A stretch of 56,699 bases of DNA, filler included, from Sphacelaria rigidula (taxonomy: Eukaryota): NCBI GenBank assembly GCA_964200075.2. It is 6 parts of 6 records of this genome, joined end to end, with 100 filler letters (N's around TTAATTAATTAA, not from the genome) between each part and the next. Parts side by side here need not be neighbours in the genome. Positions count along the whole stretch, not along the records: positions 9,469 to 18,835 come from CAXNAA020008664.1; positions 18,936 to 28,302 come from CAXNAA020008665.1; 4 more parts are not named here. The stretch is one strand, 5' to 3'. Each line of letters begins with the position of its first letter. Positions within the stretch are counted from its first letter, which is position 1. The translations under genes were made by a program, and so were the position numbers. Below, piece after piece: positions 11,485-22,074 of the stretch. The notes under the pieces are model-generated. The model did not search any database, had not been told where the DNA came from, and saw nothing but the letters and a program-made list of their open reading frames with translations.

Positions 11485-11945
11485 TCATATGACCATCGAC
11501 CTCGCGTCCCTCAAAAGCCGGGACAGCGTACGCCGGGTTTTCGCCGGATCAGGCTCGCAAACAATCACCCAGCGCGAAGCGCCCAGGTGTGCTCGGCGAG
11601 TCTCATCAACGGTGAGCTGCATCCCGCTAAGACCGTTCAGCCCGAAGCGTACAAATGATCTTGCATATATGGATGACAGCCTCCAGTGAGCCGCTTCATT
11701 TTCTGATATATCACTTCTAAAACGACAGCCACGGGGTCCACACTGCTTCATGGGTGGCTCACCGTTGTTGAAACACCAAAAAGTATGATCATCCCCTCTG
11801 AGCGGAATTGAGGTGCTCCCACCACGCACCATATAATCGAGCTCAACCACCATCATCGTTACAGCAAGATAAACACAACCTGGTTGCCTATCTTTCGCAA
11901 TGAGTGAAACGTTGTACAGCGTCGATGCCAACCGACGCCAGCCAA
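11485..11945. repeat. Dispersed repeat of about 460 bp, also present inverted in contig 3
   Basis: Reverse complement matches about 22075-22590; both copies give the spurious peptide V.CEP..A.TRRTLS.L.RDARS. Confidence 0.75.
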
Positions 11946-12958
11946 TAAGCTACGAGAGAGGGGAGGAGAGGGCGTTTTTTTTACGAGAAACAGAGGCTCA
12001 AAGGTGTTTCAGACGACCCAACTGCTCGTGGTGCGTTTGTGTTCGGGTGAAAACGTCGTCTACTGGTACCAGTGGATGCATTTCATTGGTAAGAAGCATT
12101 TCGAACCATTCTTCGAAGCTCGGATGAATCACGTCGGCCAAGTCACCAAATCCACGATTCTTCAACCCTGACTGCTCGAAAGGGGAGAAAAGAGTGCCCC
12201 ACTGGTCAAGGAAGTCTCCACGCATTTTTTTTCGCCATTTCACGCGCCTGGGGTGCCCGTACAAGGGTTGCAACGCTATACACAACGTCCAAGGATTGAT
12301 TCGTACTGCGCGAGTCTATGACAATGAAAACAAGTAATTTCCAGAGGAATCATTAATTTGTCCGAAATGTTGCTGCTTTCAGCGACGGTTTCAATGTGGA
12401 ATTTTGCGAGAAGAATCACCTCCCACCCCCCATCCCCCTCATTTTGTCCGTGTCTGGTGTGGTCTGCATTGTGAGCTGCGTCGCCGTGTTGTTCTAGGAG
12501 AGCGATGTCTGGTGTGCGCATCTGTTGGTGCCTCTTTGACCCTTGGACCGCGACGTTAGTCTTCTGTTGAATCGGCATCAATTTCAAGTGAAACAAAGTA
12601 TGCATGGTCCAGAAAGACCAATCTCGCGGTCTAAGGGTTAACAAGAAATAATAGTGCAGGAGCGTTCACAATGCAAAACACATTAAATGTGGTGTAACGA
12701 ACCAATCTGGCCTGCAGGACTGCCGCGTATTCGCTGTTGTGAGGATCATCCGTGCCATCATAAATAAATACGAGAACCGTGTGCACCGTTCTAATGTTTC
12801 GGGGTGCGGCTCAAAATATCTTGCTTTTGTCGCACCGTACTCGAAAATCCTCAGAAACGTCTCCCCGTGTTCCACGCCACCATCCCAGATTCCCAACTCG
12901 ATGCTCGTTCCCGTTACCCCCCTGGTACCACTATTATTGTACACATACACCCGCGCAG

Positions 12959-13158
12959 CTGCTGAAGTCGATGCCGGGGAGAAAACCACGGTCACTGTAT
13001 CCCACTGCAGCGCCTACGATACGGCCAATTGCGGATCGGATGGGTGCAACTGCAACAAGACGCGCGACAACAAGCGTCACGATGTCTCCCGCTGGTCTTG
13101 CAAATATGACCTGAAGAGTACGCCGTGTAAAGTTTGCTACACCTTTGAAGAGCCGCAG
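12959..13158 (+). CDS. Exon 2 of the secreted protein, N-terminal part of a galactose-binding/discoidin (F5/8C, CBM32-like) domain
   Basis: cag| acceptor and |gtgag donor. Phase-1 join gives AAEVDAGEKTTVTVSHCSAYDTANCGSDGCNCNKTRDNKRHDVSRWSCKYDLKSTPCKVCYTFEEPQ. The TRD...SRW...YTF.EP pattern recalls the D.....TRW motif of F5/8C domains. Downstream exons not identified. Confidence 0.65.
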
Positions 13159-13315
13159 GTGAGAGCCCCCATTGCCAACGGTACAGCTTGTCTGTTGTCA
13201 CAGGGCCCTACATCCTGTGAAGTCAAGGGACAAGCAGCACACGCGCGTGTTTGCACGTCAACAAAAGGATCACTGCCACTCTTCTACTCGATCGTATGCG
13301 TCGAATGATTTTCAC

Positions 13316-13435
13316 TGTGATGCGTGAGAAGACCGCGTTGGTTTTGGACTGCATCAGAGTTTAAACAACCCTTTGGTCAGGATTAGGATTAGGATTATTA
13401 GGGCTAGGGTAAGTTTGTATGAATCGGGGCCATGA
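13316..13435. mobile_element. Old, partial copy of the telomere-repeat MITE (family A)
   Basis: tgtgatgcgtgagaagaccgcg...ggactgcatc resembles the family A TIR and is followed by degenerate ttagga/ttaggg repeats. Confidence 0.5.
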
Positions 13436-13459
13436 TTCAGAGCAATGCTACGCTAGGGG

Positions 13460-13786
13460 TGTCAGGATTAAACTGTGTGTAGTACCCTGAACGTGTTGCA
13501 GGGGAAGGCGCCACAGCTGCTAAGCTGATCGGGACAAGGATGTAAACACAAAGTACAGAGCTTGTATTGATGGTTCCAGAGAACGTGGAGAGAAGAGTAA
13601 ACAAGGACGTGGCCATCTACAGATCTACAGTACCATCACTCTGAAGGTTACAACAAGTTGAACCGAAACCAATCTCACCGATTATTCTGTGTGTGACAAT
13701 CCGCATGACAGGCTGCAACTATGACCACGCATTAATACTCTTGAACGTTGACTACTAAATGAATAGACACATATCATTTTTTGACA
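13460..13786 (-). repeat. Copia 3' LTR
   Basis: tgtcagg...ttgaca, adjacent to the PPT; about 24 mismatches against the 5' LTR counted by eye. Confidence 0.93.
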
Positions 13787-14155
13787 CTCCCCCTCAACGG
13801 AAATAGCGTCTTGAAAATACCATACTCCATCACGATCATCTTCAAATAAAAATATCAGTATAATGTTAAAAAATCACGACTAAAGAATCTACACATAGCA
13901 AGTAAATACATTCAAACTTGAAGCTAGTAACACTACTGCTACGATAAGCAATCCATTCCTTGTCCAAAGTGACAACACTACTGCTACGGTAAGCTATTCA
14001 CTCCGTGTCAGTCGTGCTTTCGTCGTCATCGTTGTCTTGGTCTTGATTGCTCGATCAGTCACATCGTTTTGGTCCAGTGAGAACCTGAGTAATTTTCTTC
14101 TAACAAATAACACGCAAAAGTTACACAGAAGACACAGAGGGACTGGCGCCCCCTT

Positions 14156-14565
14156 TCAAGCCTTTTGTTTGTTGTTGAAGTTCTTGATGAGATTCATAAC
14201 ATAACGGAATCTCTGAGTTGAAAGAAACTTTGTTCCGATGTCAGCAGCTATTTGATTATCTGTTTCAATGTAATAAACTTTGATCTTCCCAGATTCCACC
14301 AACTCTCTCACAAAAAAAACCCGCAAAGCGATGTGTTTCGTCCTTCCGCTGAAAATACGGTTGGCAATCACTTGAAGCGTTGCTGTGTTGTCTAGGTAGA
14401 TAGGTACAGTGTTGAACGATTATCCACATCCCATCTCAATAATCATATTCGAGTAGTAGACCGCCTCCGTGATAGCAAGTGCTCCGGCAACCTGTTCCAC
14501 TTCCATCGTTAATTGTGCAGTAAGTCCCTGCAGCCCGACTTTAAAGCTAACCGGGGCTTTCCCCC
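14156..14565 (-). pseudogene. Copia RNase H remnant
   Basis: APVSFKVGLQGLTAQ...IYLDN...RTKHIALRVFFVRELVESGKI...ADIGTK, with an internal stop. Confidence 0.85.
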
Positions 14566-16330
14566 GGCGTGCATCGAATCATAGCAGCCAGCGTCCCTCC
14601 ATCGCTTTCGGAATCCCAATCTGCTGAGGCGTGTTGGTGGCAACAAACTCAATGCGAACTCTCGAGCAGTATGTGTGAAATTCGTTCTCTGTGTACTCCC
14701 CTCCTTTGTCAGCACGGAGTCGCTTGACACGGGCTCCACGTGGGATCACTTCCGTGTGGATGAAAGTCTGGAATGTCTTCAGAGCATCGACCTTTGACTG
14801 CGTGAGATATACGTACTTCGATCGCGTCAGAAAGTCCGTCAACTTGGTCATGTATTTGAACCCCCAAATTGCTTCTGGGGTAATCAGTCCCATCATATCA
14901 CCAAGTATTAGTTCGTACGGACGAGATACTTTGTAGACGGCAGTCTTGGGGTGAGCCTGTTGTTTACTTTTGCTCAACGCACACGCATCGCACGGAGAAA
15001 GATTCCCCGTGAAAATCCCTCCATTGCCGTCTACGCCTCGTATTGTGTGAGGTGTCTTGCTAGACACGTATCCGAGGCGCCGGTGCCACCATTCTGCGTC
15101 CGCTGTTGTAAATGTAATGCGTGAGAGGACCGCGTGCTCAGAGGACCGCGCCGTCGTTCAAAATACCTCAGGATCGACGATTTTCAAAACCAATCGGGTC
15201 AGTCCCTGCAGGTACCACGCCCCTGACCCTAACCCCAACACTAACCCTAACCATAGGGATTTTCAAATTCCGATGCGGTCCTCTAAACACGCGGTCCTCT
15301 CACGCATTACAGTTGACATCGCCACTGTATTTGATTTTTCCCCCTCGGCTGAAGCCACCTGCTTTCCTGTACTCGCGCCGGCCGCACGACCCACACGTAT
15401 GATGAGTGTGTATAAACCATGGTCATGGAGTGACTGTTTCAGGGGTAGTTGGAAAGACGCGACTTCCAAGCGTGGATTCGCCGGGTCGAACACGACGTTG
15501 ATTCCTCTTGTGACAGCGTTCTTGACGGTGAACAAATGGCGCCCCAGACCTGGTACTACATAAGATGGGAGAGATACTTCGTGAGAGACTCCATGTTGGT
15601 ATGTCACCTTTCTCAGGACAGTAACTGAAGCTGTAGCATTTAACGCATGTCCTCCGGCCGCAGTTATTTGGAAGGGGTTAGGTAAAATTTTGTTGACAGG
15701 AAAAGTCTCCAGTAAGCCAGGGTTCAAAAAGTTGTCAACAAAATTGACGGTTGTCCCGCTGTCGACCAGTGGGGAGAGTAGAGTGTCAAGCCAGCAAAGC
15801 TACACCCATAGTAGGATGTACCGTTTTACTTTCCGTGGCTTCCCCAATCGCTACATATATCCGACCGTCCCCGGGGGGTGGCACTCCAGGCTGAATCGGT
15901 CTCCCAGCAGCTGGGTATCCTGTTGCTGTAGCATCAGCCGTTGGTTGCGGCTGGTGTAAGGGTGCACCGATGACTGCGTCAGAAGGGTACGCCGCCATAT
16001 TCGCGTAGTGCGCCACGCTAGCAGCGGCATTCTCTTTTTAAATGCGGCAGTCAGCTTCGTTATGAGTTTTGGAACGATGATAAGAACACCACTTCGCCGT
16101 CTTTTCTTCACCGTTGGTATTATTGGTGCCCGACTTACCCCCCTTTTTTTCTTCTTCCCTCTACATTGCAATTTAGAACGCCAGTCTCCAAATGTGGCAA
16201 TGTCATCCCTGTCAAAGACGTTCAGCAGGCGCATTGCCTGTGTAACACCTCTCTTCGCCTCGGTCATGTTTGCTTTCGGGACGTAAAAGTTGTGCCCAAA
16301 GAACCGCACTTCGGTCAGTGTGCTGACCAA
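14566..16330 (-). pseudogene. Copia gag-protease-integrase remnant
   Basis: Motifs as listed for the element; frameshifted and interrupted by a MITE at 15113-15311. Confidence 0.85.
15113..15311 (+). mobile_element. MITE family A (TGT...ACA, internal CCCTAA repeats), copy 1
   Basis: 37 bp TIRs tgtaatgcgtgagaggaccgcgtgc(t/c)..gaggaccgc. Removing it, one GTTG duplicate and 4 extra bases (TAAA) restores the copia frame AMSTADAEWWHRRLG. Confidence 0.9.
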
Positions 16331-16337
16331 GTTACAA

Positions 16338-17105
16338 CTCGTACTGTATAGACGAGTACGTCGCTTTGTGCTAACCCTAAGCACCCCTCGTTCTGTATAG
16401 ACGAGTTGCCAACACCTGCTGGAAATAGCTAGGTGTACTGTACTGGAATCCGCAAACACAAAACGTCAATGTGATGCTCCAGTGATGAAACCGCACGCCG
16501 TTTAGTGTGCGAACTCAACACACCACTCGTGCTGCATTGACGAGCGGACGAGGGTCTGTGCTTAACCTAACCACTACTCCTATTGTATAGACGAGATGTA
16601 AACACCTGCTAGAAACAGCCAGGTGTACTGTTGTAATGCGTGGGAGGACCGCGTGCTTAGAGGACCGCATCGGAATTTGAACACCCCTATGGTTAGGGTT
16701 AGGGTTGGGGTTAGTGTTGGGGTTAGTGTTGGGGTTCGGGTCAGGGGCGTGGTACCTCCAAGGACTGACCCGATTGGTTTTGAAAATCGTTGACCCTGAG
16801 ATGTTTTTACCTAAGGCGCGGTACTCTAAGCACGCGGTCCTCTCACGCATTACACTACTGGAATCCGCAAACACAAAAAGTCAATGTGATGCTTCAGTGA
16901 TGAAACCGCACGCCGTCCAGTGTGCGAACTCAACACACCACTCGTGCTGTATACACGAGCTGACGTCGGTCTGTGCTTACGCAAATCACTACTCGTACTG
17001 TACAGACGAGATGTAAACACCTGCAAACCAGCTAGGTGCACTGTACTGGGAACTGCAAACTCACAACGTCGATGAGATGCTCCCAGTGCTGAACTCCGAA
17101 CGTCG
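16338..17105. repeat. Three tandem units of about 190 bp in the copia leader
   Basis: Recurrent ctcgt.ctgtatagacgag...aacacctgc...ggtgtactgtactggaatccgcaaacac...gtgatgaaaccgcacgcc. Confidence 0.8.
16632..16854 (-). mobile_element. MITE family A copy 2
   Basis: Same TIRs; the empty site is visible in the neighbouring tandem unit (about 16431-16455). Confidence 0.9.
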
Positions 17106-17383
17106 GCTTTGTATGCCGATAATGAAAACTCAGAAGCAAGATACCGCTAAAACCGGGGCGAGACGCCGCAACTGTTCGTTTCCGTCGTTCCTTTGCAAAA
17201 CCCAGCCAGTGTGACCTACGGGTGTGCAGCTTAGCTTTAAGTCGAGATGCTCAGTCCCGAAGAAAAGCCAAAGGTGACTCAACTCACGTGGATATCCCGG
17301 TACAAGCGTCCGAGAAGCGTTGATCCTAATCCAAGCGCCTCAGCGGGGGTGGAGAACGTCTTCCCCAAAAGAGGCTCAAAACC

Positions 17384-17943
17384 TGTCAGGATTAAACTGT
17401 GTGTAGTACCATGACCGTGTCGTAGGGGCAGGCGCCACAGCTGCTAAGCTGATCGGGAGAAGGATGTAAACACAAAGTACAGAGCTTGTATTGATGGTTC
17501 CCGAGAACGTGGAGAGAAGAGTAAACAAGGACGTGACCATCTACAAATCTACAGTACCATCACTCTAACGGTTACAACAAGTTGAACTGTTGTAATGCGT
17601 GAGAGGACCGCGTGCTTAGAGGACCGCACCTGAATTTGAATATCCCTATGGTTATGGTTAGGGTTAGGGTTATGGTTAGGGTTAGGGTTAGTGTCGGGGT
17701 TAGGGTCAGGTGCGTAGTACCTGCAGGGACTGGCCCGATCGGTTTCGGAAAACGTCGATCCTGGGGTATTTCGGACTACGGCGCGGTCCTCTAAGCACGC
17801 GGTCCTCTCACGCATTACACCGTAACCAATCTTACCGACTATTCTGTGTGTAACAATCCGCATGACAGGCTGCAACTATAACCACGCCTTAATGGTCTTG
17901 AACGTTGACTACAAAATGAATAGACATATATCACTCCTTGACA
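17384..17943 (-). repeat. Copia 5' LTR containing MITE A copy 3
   Basis: 560 bp minus the 229 bp MITE minus a 4 bp TSD equals 327 bp, the length of the 3' LTR. Confidence 0.93.
17591..17819 (-). mobile_element. MITE family A copy 3
   Basis: Same TIRs, TSD CTGT/CCGT, absent from the other LTR; longest TTAGGG tract. Confidence 0.92.
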
Positions 17944-18334
17944 AGGTGTGCACTTTTTTCGCGAAGTTATGTCTAGTTCAGAGGCTCCTGTCGATTCTAG
18001 ATGCACAAAAATATGGGTCAGGGCAACCCCGTTTGGAAATTCATTCGGGATATCCCCAGCAGATTGAAGTAGTAATCCTGGCGTACCTTCACATGTGTTC
18101 ATAGGTCGTTTTTTGCATGAGATAAAGAGCTCCCAACAATTCTAACCTCAGACAATAGTTGTGCACCCCTACCGTAGCATCACTCTTCAGGTACCTACGT
18201 GTACGAATGCATATATGATGCCCGTTGTATCATCGAGCCTCAAAATGAACCTCGTGAACGTGTTGTTTGCCGGTATAGCGCACAGGCGTGAGCCCCAGGC
18301 TTATTTCATTACTCTGCTGCCCCGCAAAGAAGAC

Positions 18335-18548
18335 TGTAATGCGTGAGAGTACCGCGTGCTTAGAGGACCGCATCGGAACTTGAACATCACTACTATGGTG
18401 AGGGTTAGGGTCAGGGGTAGTGTCAGGGTTATGGTCAGGGGCGTGGTACTTCCAGGGACTGAGCCGATTGGTGTTGGAAAACGTCGATCCTGAGGTGTTT
18501 TGACCTACGGCGCGGTCCTCTAAGCACGCGGTCCTCTCACGCATTACA
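18335..18548 (-). mobile_element. MITE family A copy 4
   Basis: Same TIRs, perfect 5 bp TSD AAGAC. Confidence 0.9.
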
Positions 18549-18835
18549 AAGACGATGAAAGATAACGTGAACGGGCTGAATGTGAACGCCCAGCTGCAGC
18601 GACAGCGACTATTTCCGAAGCACAGCCAGCCATCATTAAGCGCTGTATAGATGCAGCTAAGGTACCCCCGCTTCTTCATCTCCCACCGTTACCCAAGCAT
18701 GGGACCAGCCACCGGGTGGCGAGACCGAACTTTGTTCAAAAACAATCCATAACAACAAATTGTGCGAATTGAGGTTCAACTTCGAGATGAGGCTCAAGCC
18801 CAAAACAGTGCTGTCCCCACACTTTCAGCGATGGT

Positions 18836-18935
18836 NNNNNNNNNNNNNNNNNNNNNNNNNNNNNNNNNNNNNNNNNNNNTTAATTAATTAANNNNNNNNN
18901 NNNNNNNNNNNNNNNNNNNNNNNNNNNNNNNNNNN
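18836..18935. other. Artificial contig linker
   Basis: N44-TTAATTAATTAA-N44. Confidence 0.97.
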
Positions 18936-19168
18936 GGTCTCAAGGGACCAACCCATCTCTCCCCCGGTACGTGCCTTACATTTTGGTCTCGCGGATTGGG
19001 TCGGCACTCCCGCACCGCGTCAACTCACGTCACACGAACTCAGTTGACTACTTTGTTCACTCACGTTCTCACGCTTTCCACGGTGAAAATTATACAGTAC
19101 GCATCGGGAATCGAACCCCCGTTCTTTCCACCCTACTGGCGACAGTCGGACCATTACACCACCGGGGC
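18936..19168 (-). mobile_element. tRNA-derived SINE, 5' part, cut by the contig end
   Basis: Minus strand begins GCCCCGG-TGGTGTAATGG (A box, 19151-19161) and contains GGTTCGATTCC (B box, 19107-19117). No acceptor stem or CCA; runs into an unrelated body. Confidence 0.75.
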
Positions 19169-19175
19169 GCGGCGG

Positions 19176-19387
19176 CATTGAAATCTCAAAATACCATGGT
19201 ATCGTAGGTATCGTAGGTATGAGTTTTGAAAATATCCGATTGGGCAAGTACGGTAGGTACTGGTATCTAAAAAAACCGTGGTATCGTAGGTATCGTAGGT
19301 ATGACATTTGAAAATACCCGATTTGGTCGGTATCGTAGGGTATGACATGTCCCAAATACCAGTACCGGGTACCTGCCTTACCCTCTA
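19176..19387. mobile_element. Repeat family D (GGTATCGTA-rich, MITE-like), partial copy
   Basis: Matches 20545-20754, including the end ccgggtacct(g/a)cct. Confidence 0.75.
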
Positions 19388-20349
19388 TACCGGTTTCAAA
19401 ATTGTCATCCGGCAGTGCGGAGAAGCGTTTCAGGGCGTGTCTCAGCCCTCTTTTCTTCGATCGAAAAAATGAGGCAGAGGAATCGATTTGAGCGAAAATA
19501 GCTTATTTTTCTAGAGTTGGGCCCAACCGAATTCCGAGCTTTCGATCAAATTCGTGACATGGTACATGGTCACTCGTGTGCAGTACAGACAGTCTGTACT
19601 GTCTGCATTGCTTGCAAGCAGTGTCTTGAGTGTGTGTGTGCGTGTTTTGTACAGTAGGATTTTACAGAGAAGTGGGCAACGTGCAGTGCAGACGGCCCAG
19701 GAATATCAGTTCTCTCTGCTCACAATGCGACGTGAAAAAAACTTCAACAACAACCTGCAGCTTTGTACTGCCTGCACTGGCCAGAAGCGTGTACGCAACT
19801 CGGTTGCCCACCGTACCCCGCAGTCCTGTCGCTGATCCTACCATTAAAGGAGATGCACAAGTTTTCGCCAACAAAAAATACAGAAAGCATACCCAACTAC
19901 TGCAGGGCATCTATCCCTGTGCTCAAGTCGTACTCGATGCTGCAGGGTTGCGGTGGTAGCTGAGAATAAAAGGATGGGGTCAGCATGGTTCCATGAACGG
20001 GTGTTATCTCGCGTGGTGGTCTGTAAGATAAGAGTAAAGTGTTGCTTCGTGCCTTTCGACCGCATTTTTTCGATCGAAAAGCTCAGCGTGATTGTTTTGT
20101 AGTTTCTCTCCGCGCGCCTCTCATTACAAGTTTGAGTTGAAGCCTTCTAAGAACAGAAATGTGGCGGGCCTATTAGATCGAGAAGAAGAATTCGACCGCA
20201 CTTCAGACTACATGATAATGACTTCATTCGAACTGATTCAAACACGAAAATCAGGAAGGAGCTAGGTATATATTACTTGTGACAACAAAACGTACTTCTG
20301 GCCATTGCGGAAGTCGTGACCAGCTGCTGCACCATGGGGAGTGCATCGC

Positions 20350-20754
20350 GTCCGATATTTACCGGGTATACCCCCGGATTTGCCGAGTATCCCATACCGT
20401 GGTATGCGTGGGTATGGTAGGTATGAGTGTTGAAAATACCCGATTGAGCGGGTACGGTAGGTACTAAAATCTCGAAAATACCGTGGTATCGTAGGTATCA
20501 TAGGTATGAGTTTTGAAAATATCCGATTGGGCGAGTACGGTAGGTATTGAAATCTCGAAATACCGTGGTGTCGTAGGTATCGTAGGTGTGAGCTTTGAAA
20601 ATACTCGATCGAGCTGGTACGGCATGTATTGACATCTCGAACCACCGTGGTATCGTGGGTATCGTAGGTATGGCATTTGAAAATACCCGATCGGACCGGT
20701 ATCGGTAGGGTATGAGATGTCCCAAATACCGGTACCGGGTACCTACCTCACCTA
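20350..20754. mobile_element. Repeat family D copy with four internal tandem units of about 82 bp
   Basis: Unit ataccgtggtatcgtaggtatcgtaggtatgagttttgaaaatatccgat...; left boundary approximate. Confidence 0.75.
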
Positions 20755-20820
20755 CGTTGCCTGTGCAAACTACTTGTTAGTGAACGAAGTTCACTCGTAA
20801 CTTGTGCATTCTACTGCAAA

Positions 20821-21311
20821 CAGAGTTTTCGCCAGGTTTAGAGTCTAGCGTTGATTGAGTTTGAATTTTATGACTTGCTCTAAGTTGACCAAATGTTCAT
20901 TTGTGTGTGTGTGTGTGCTTCTGATTGTAACATTGTCGTCGTGTGCGCATAGCCACACGTTGAGAACCTACTCGGGGATGTCAGAGGCTTCAGTGGCAAG
21001 CTACTACAGAAAGCGTGCATGGCCTCGAATAGGTCCTGAAGGGGCATGTCGGAACCGAAAGTTTGTCAGCATGAATCGGCCATACCTGGAACTTTGGAGC
21101 TCTATACTTCTGCTGATTGACGAGGCCAATGCAATGAAAATATACATTGGATTCATCCCCACAGCTGAGAGCTTTCGTCCGAGCCGCCCCTCGCCTGACT
21201 CGGCGAGGTATTCCTCAAGGTACACCACTTCATCAAGGGAGAAGGATTTCCGTTGCTCTGGTGTTTCACTCTCAATCAAACGCTAGACTCTCAATCTGAC
21301 GAAAAATCTTG
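20821..21311. mobile_element. MITE family E (hAT-like), diverged full copy
   Basis: Imperfect 40 bp TIRs cagagttttcgccaggtttagagtctagcgttgattgag / ctcaatcaaacgctagactctcaatctgacgaaaaatcttg; TSD not clear. Confidence 0.55.
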
Positions 21312-21428
21312 TTGTATCAGAAAATAAAACACGTGGTCATCAAACGGCGCATCGTTTTTCATATTTGAAGCGAATGAAACGGATGTTCATTTTTTCAGGG
21401 AAATACTAGATAGATTTTGCCAACACAC

Positions 21429-21535
21429 CTGCATATCCGTCCTGCTGCGAGATCTCCGACCGAGAAAATGGGTCTTCCTCGGGGGTGGTTGTCGTTCAGT
21501 CCGCATGGCCGCACCACGGCGTAGGGCACTCCAGC
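21429..21535 (-). CDS. Internal exon, NAD(P)-binding Rossmann-fold protein (atypical SDR; CIA30/NDUFAF1-associated or TIC62-like)
   Basis: ag|AGVPYAVVRPCGLNDNHPRGRPIFSVGDLAAGRIC(R)|gt, the G.PY.IVRP.GL...GD...G.I.R motif; phase-0 join with exon 27188-27268. Confidence 0.85.
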
Positions 21536-22074
21536 CTTAATGAAGAGGCGCGAACGGTTCAGGCATGTGCGCGAAGATGAACACGCGACAGTGACAGAAA
21601 TTGGGTTGCGGCAACGAAAGGGGTGAGTAAAAGATGGCAACGGTGAAAACTGCAGGGCGGCATACTTGTGTACTGACATTGACATGCACCCTAATGCGGT
21701 AAAGCACCCATCATGAGATATTTACTCGTGCGACGTGCCAAACAACGCCTGCTACAGCCGGTTCTCACGGTGCGCTATTTATACTATAATACCACCGGCA
21801 TGTGAAAAAGCGATAGTGCAGATAACCACCGAATCATGACGGATGCGCCATCGAACTCAGGGGATGACCTGCAAGTCCGAACGACTCAGCCGTCACCTCT
21901 TGGCATCACCGTGAAGCGTACTCTTTGTGAAGGAAGGATCCGACTGAATGACGAATGGTGGGATCGTTTCCTCATTACGTTCCCACGGCCGTGCCAGCGC
22001 TGTGCTGTGCTCGAACGGCTGATGCCGTAATACCCCCCACCCCCGGAAAAAAATTACGCCCGGACCCCCGATGG

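Larger units (their letters stand above)
13460..17943 (-). mobile_element. Ty1/copia LTR retrotransposon, RT deleted, degenerate
   Basis: Paired 327 bp TG..CA LTRs, TSD AGGGG/AGGTG, PPT (ctccccctcaa at 13787) and PBS-like GGTTTTGAGCC. Domains in copia order: gag knuckle WCSYHRSKTHNEADC, protease LVDSG, pre-integrase WWHRRLG, integrase (CDAC...D...RADKGGEY...TPQQ), RNase H (DN...RTKHI...ADIGTK). Confidence 0.93.
13440..18185. mobile_element. Sola-like MITE (family B, about 260 bp) split by the copia insertion
   Basis: TIRs gagcaatgctacgctaggggtgcac / gtgcacccctaccgtagcatcactc, GAG...CTC ends, 4 bp TSD TTCA (13436-13439 and 18186-18189). Body 17949-18185 matches about 48630-48850. Confidence 0.75.

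Noticed and set aside
17645-17710. True telomere or chromosome-fusion scar
   Set aside because: The TTAGGG tract is internal to a TIR-bounded MITE
18290-18650. Possible exon 3 of the discoidin-like gene disrupted by MITE A
   Set aside because: Only a faint KTMKDNVNG resemblance, with no convincing acceptor or frame
19095-19168. tRNA gene
   Set aside because: A and B boxes are present but there is no acceptor-stem pairing or clear anticodon arm; better explained as a SINE head
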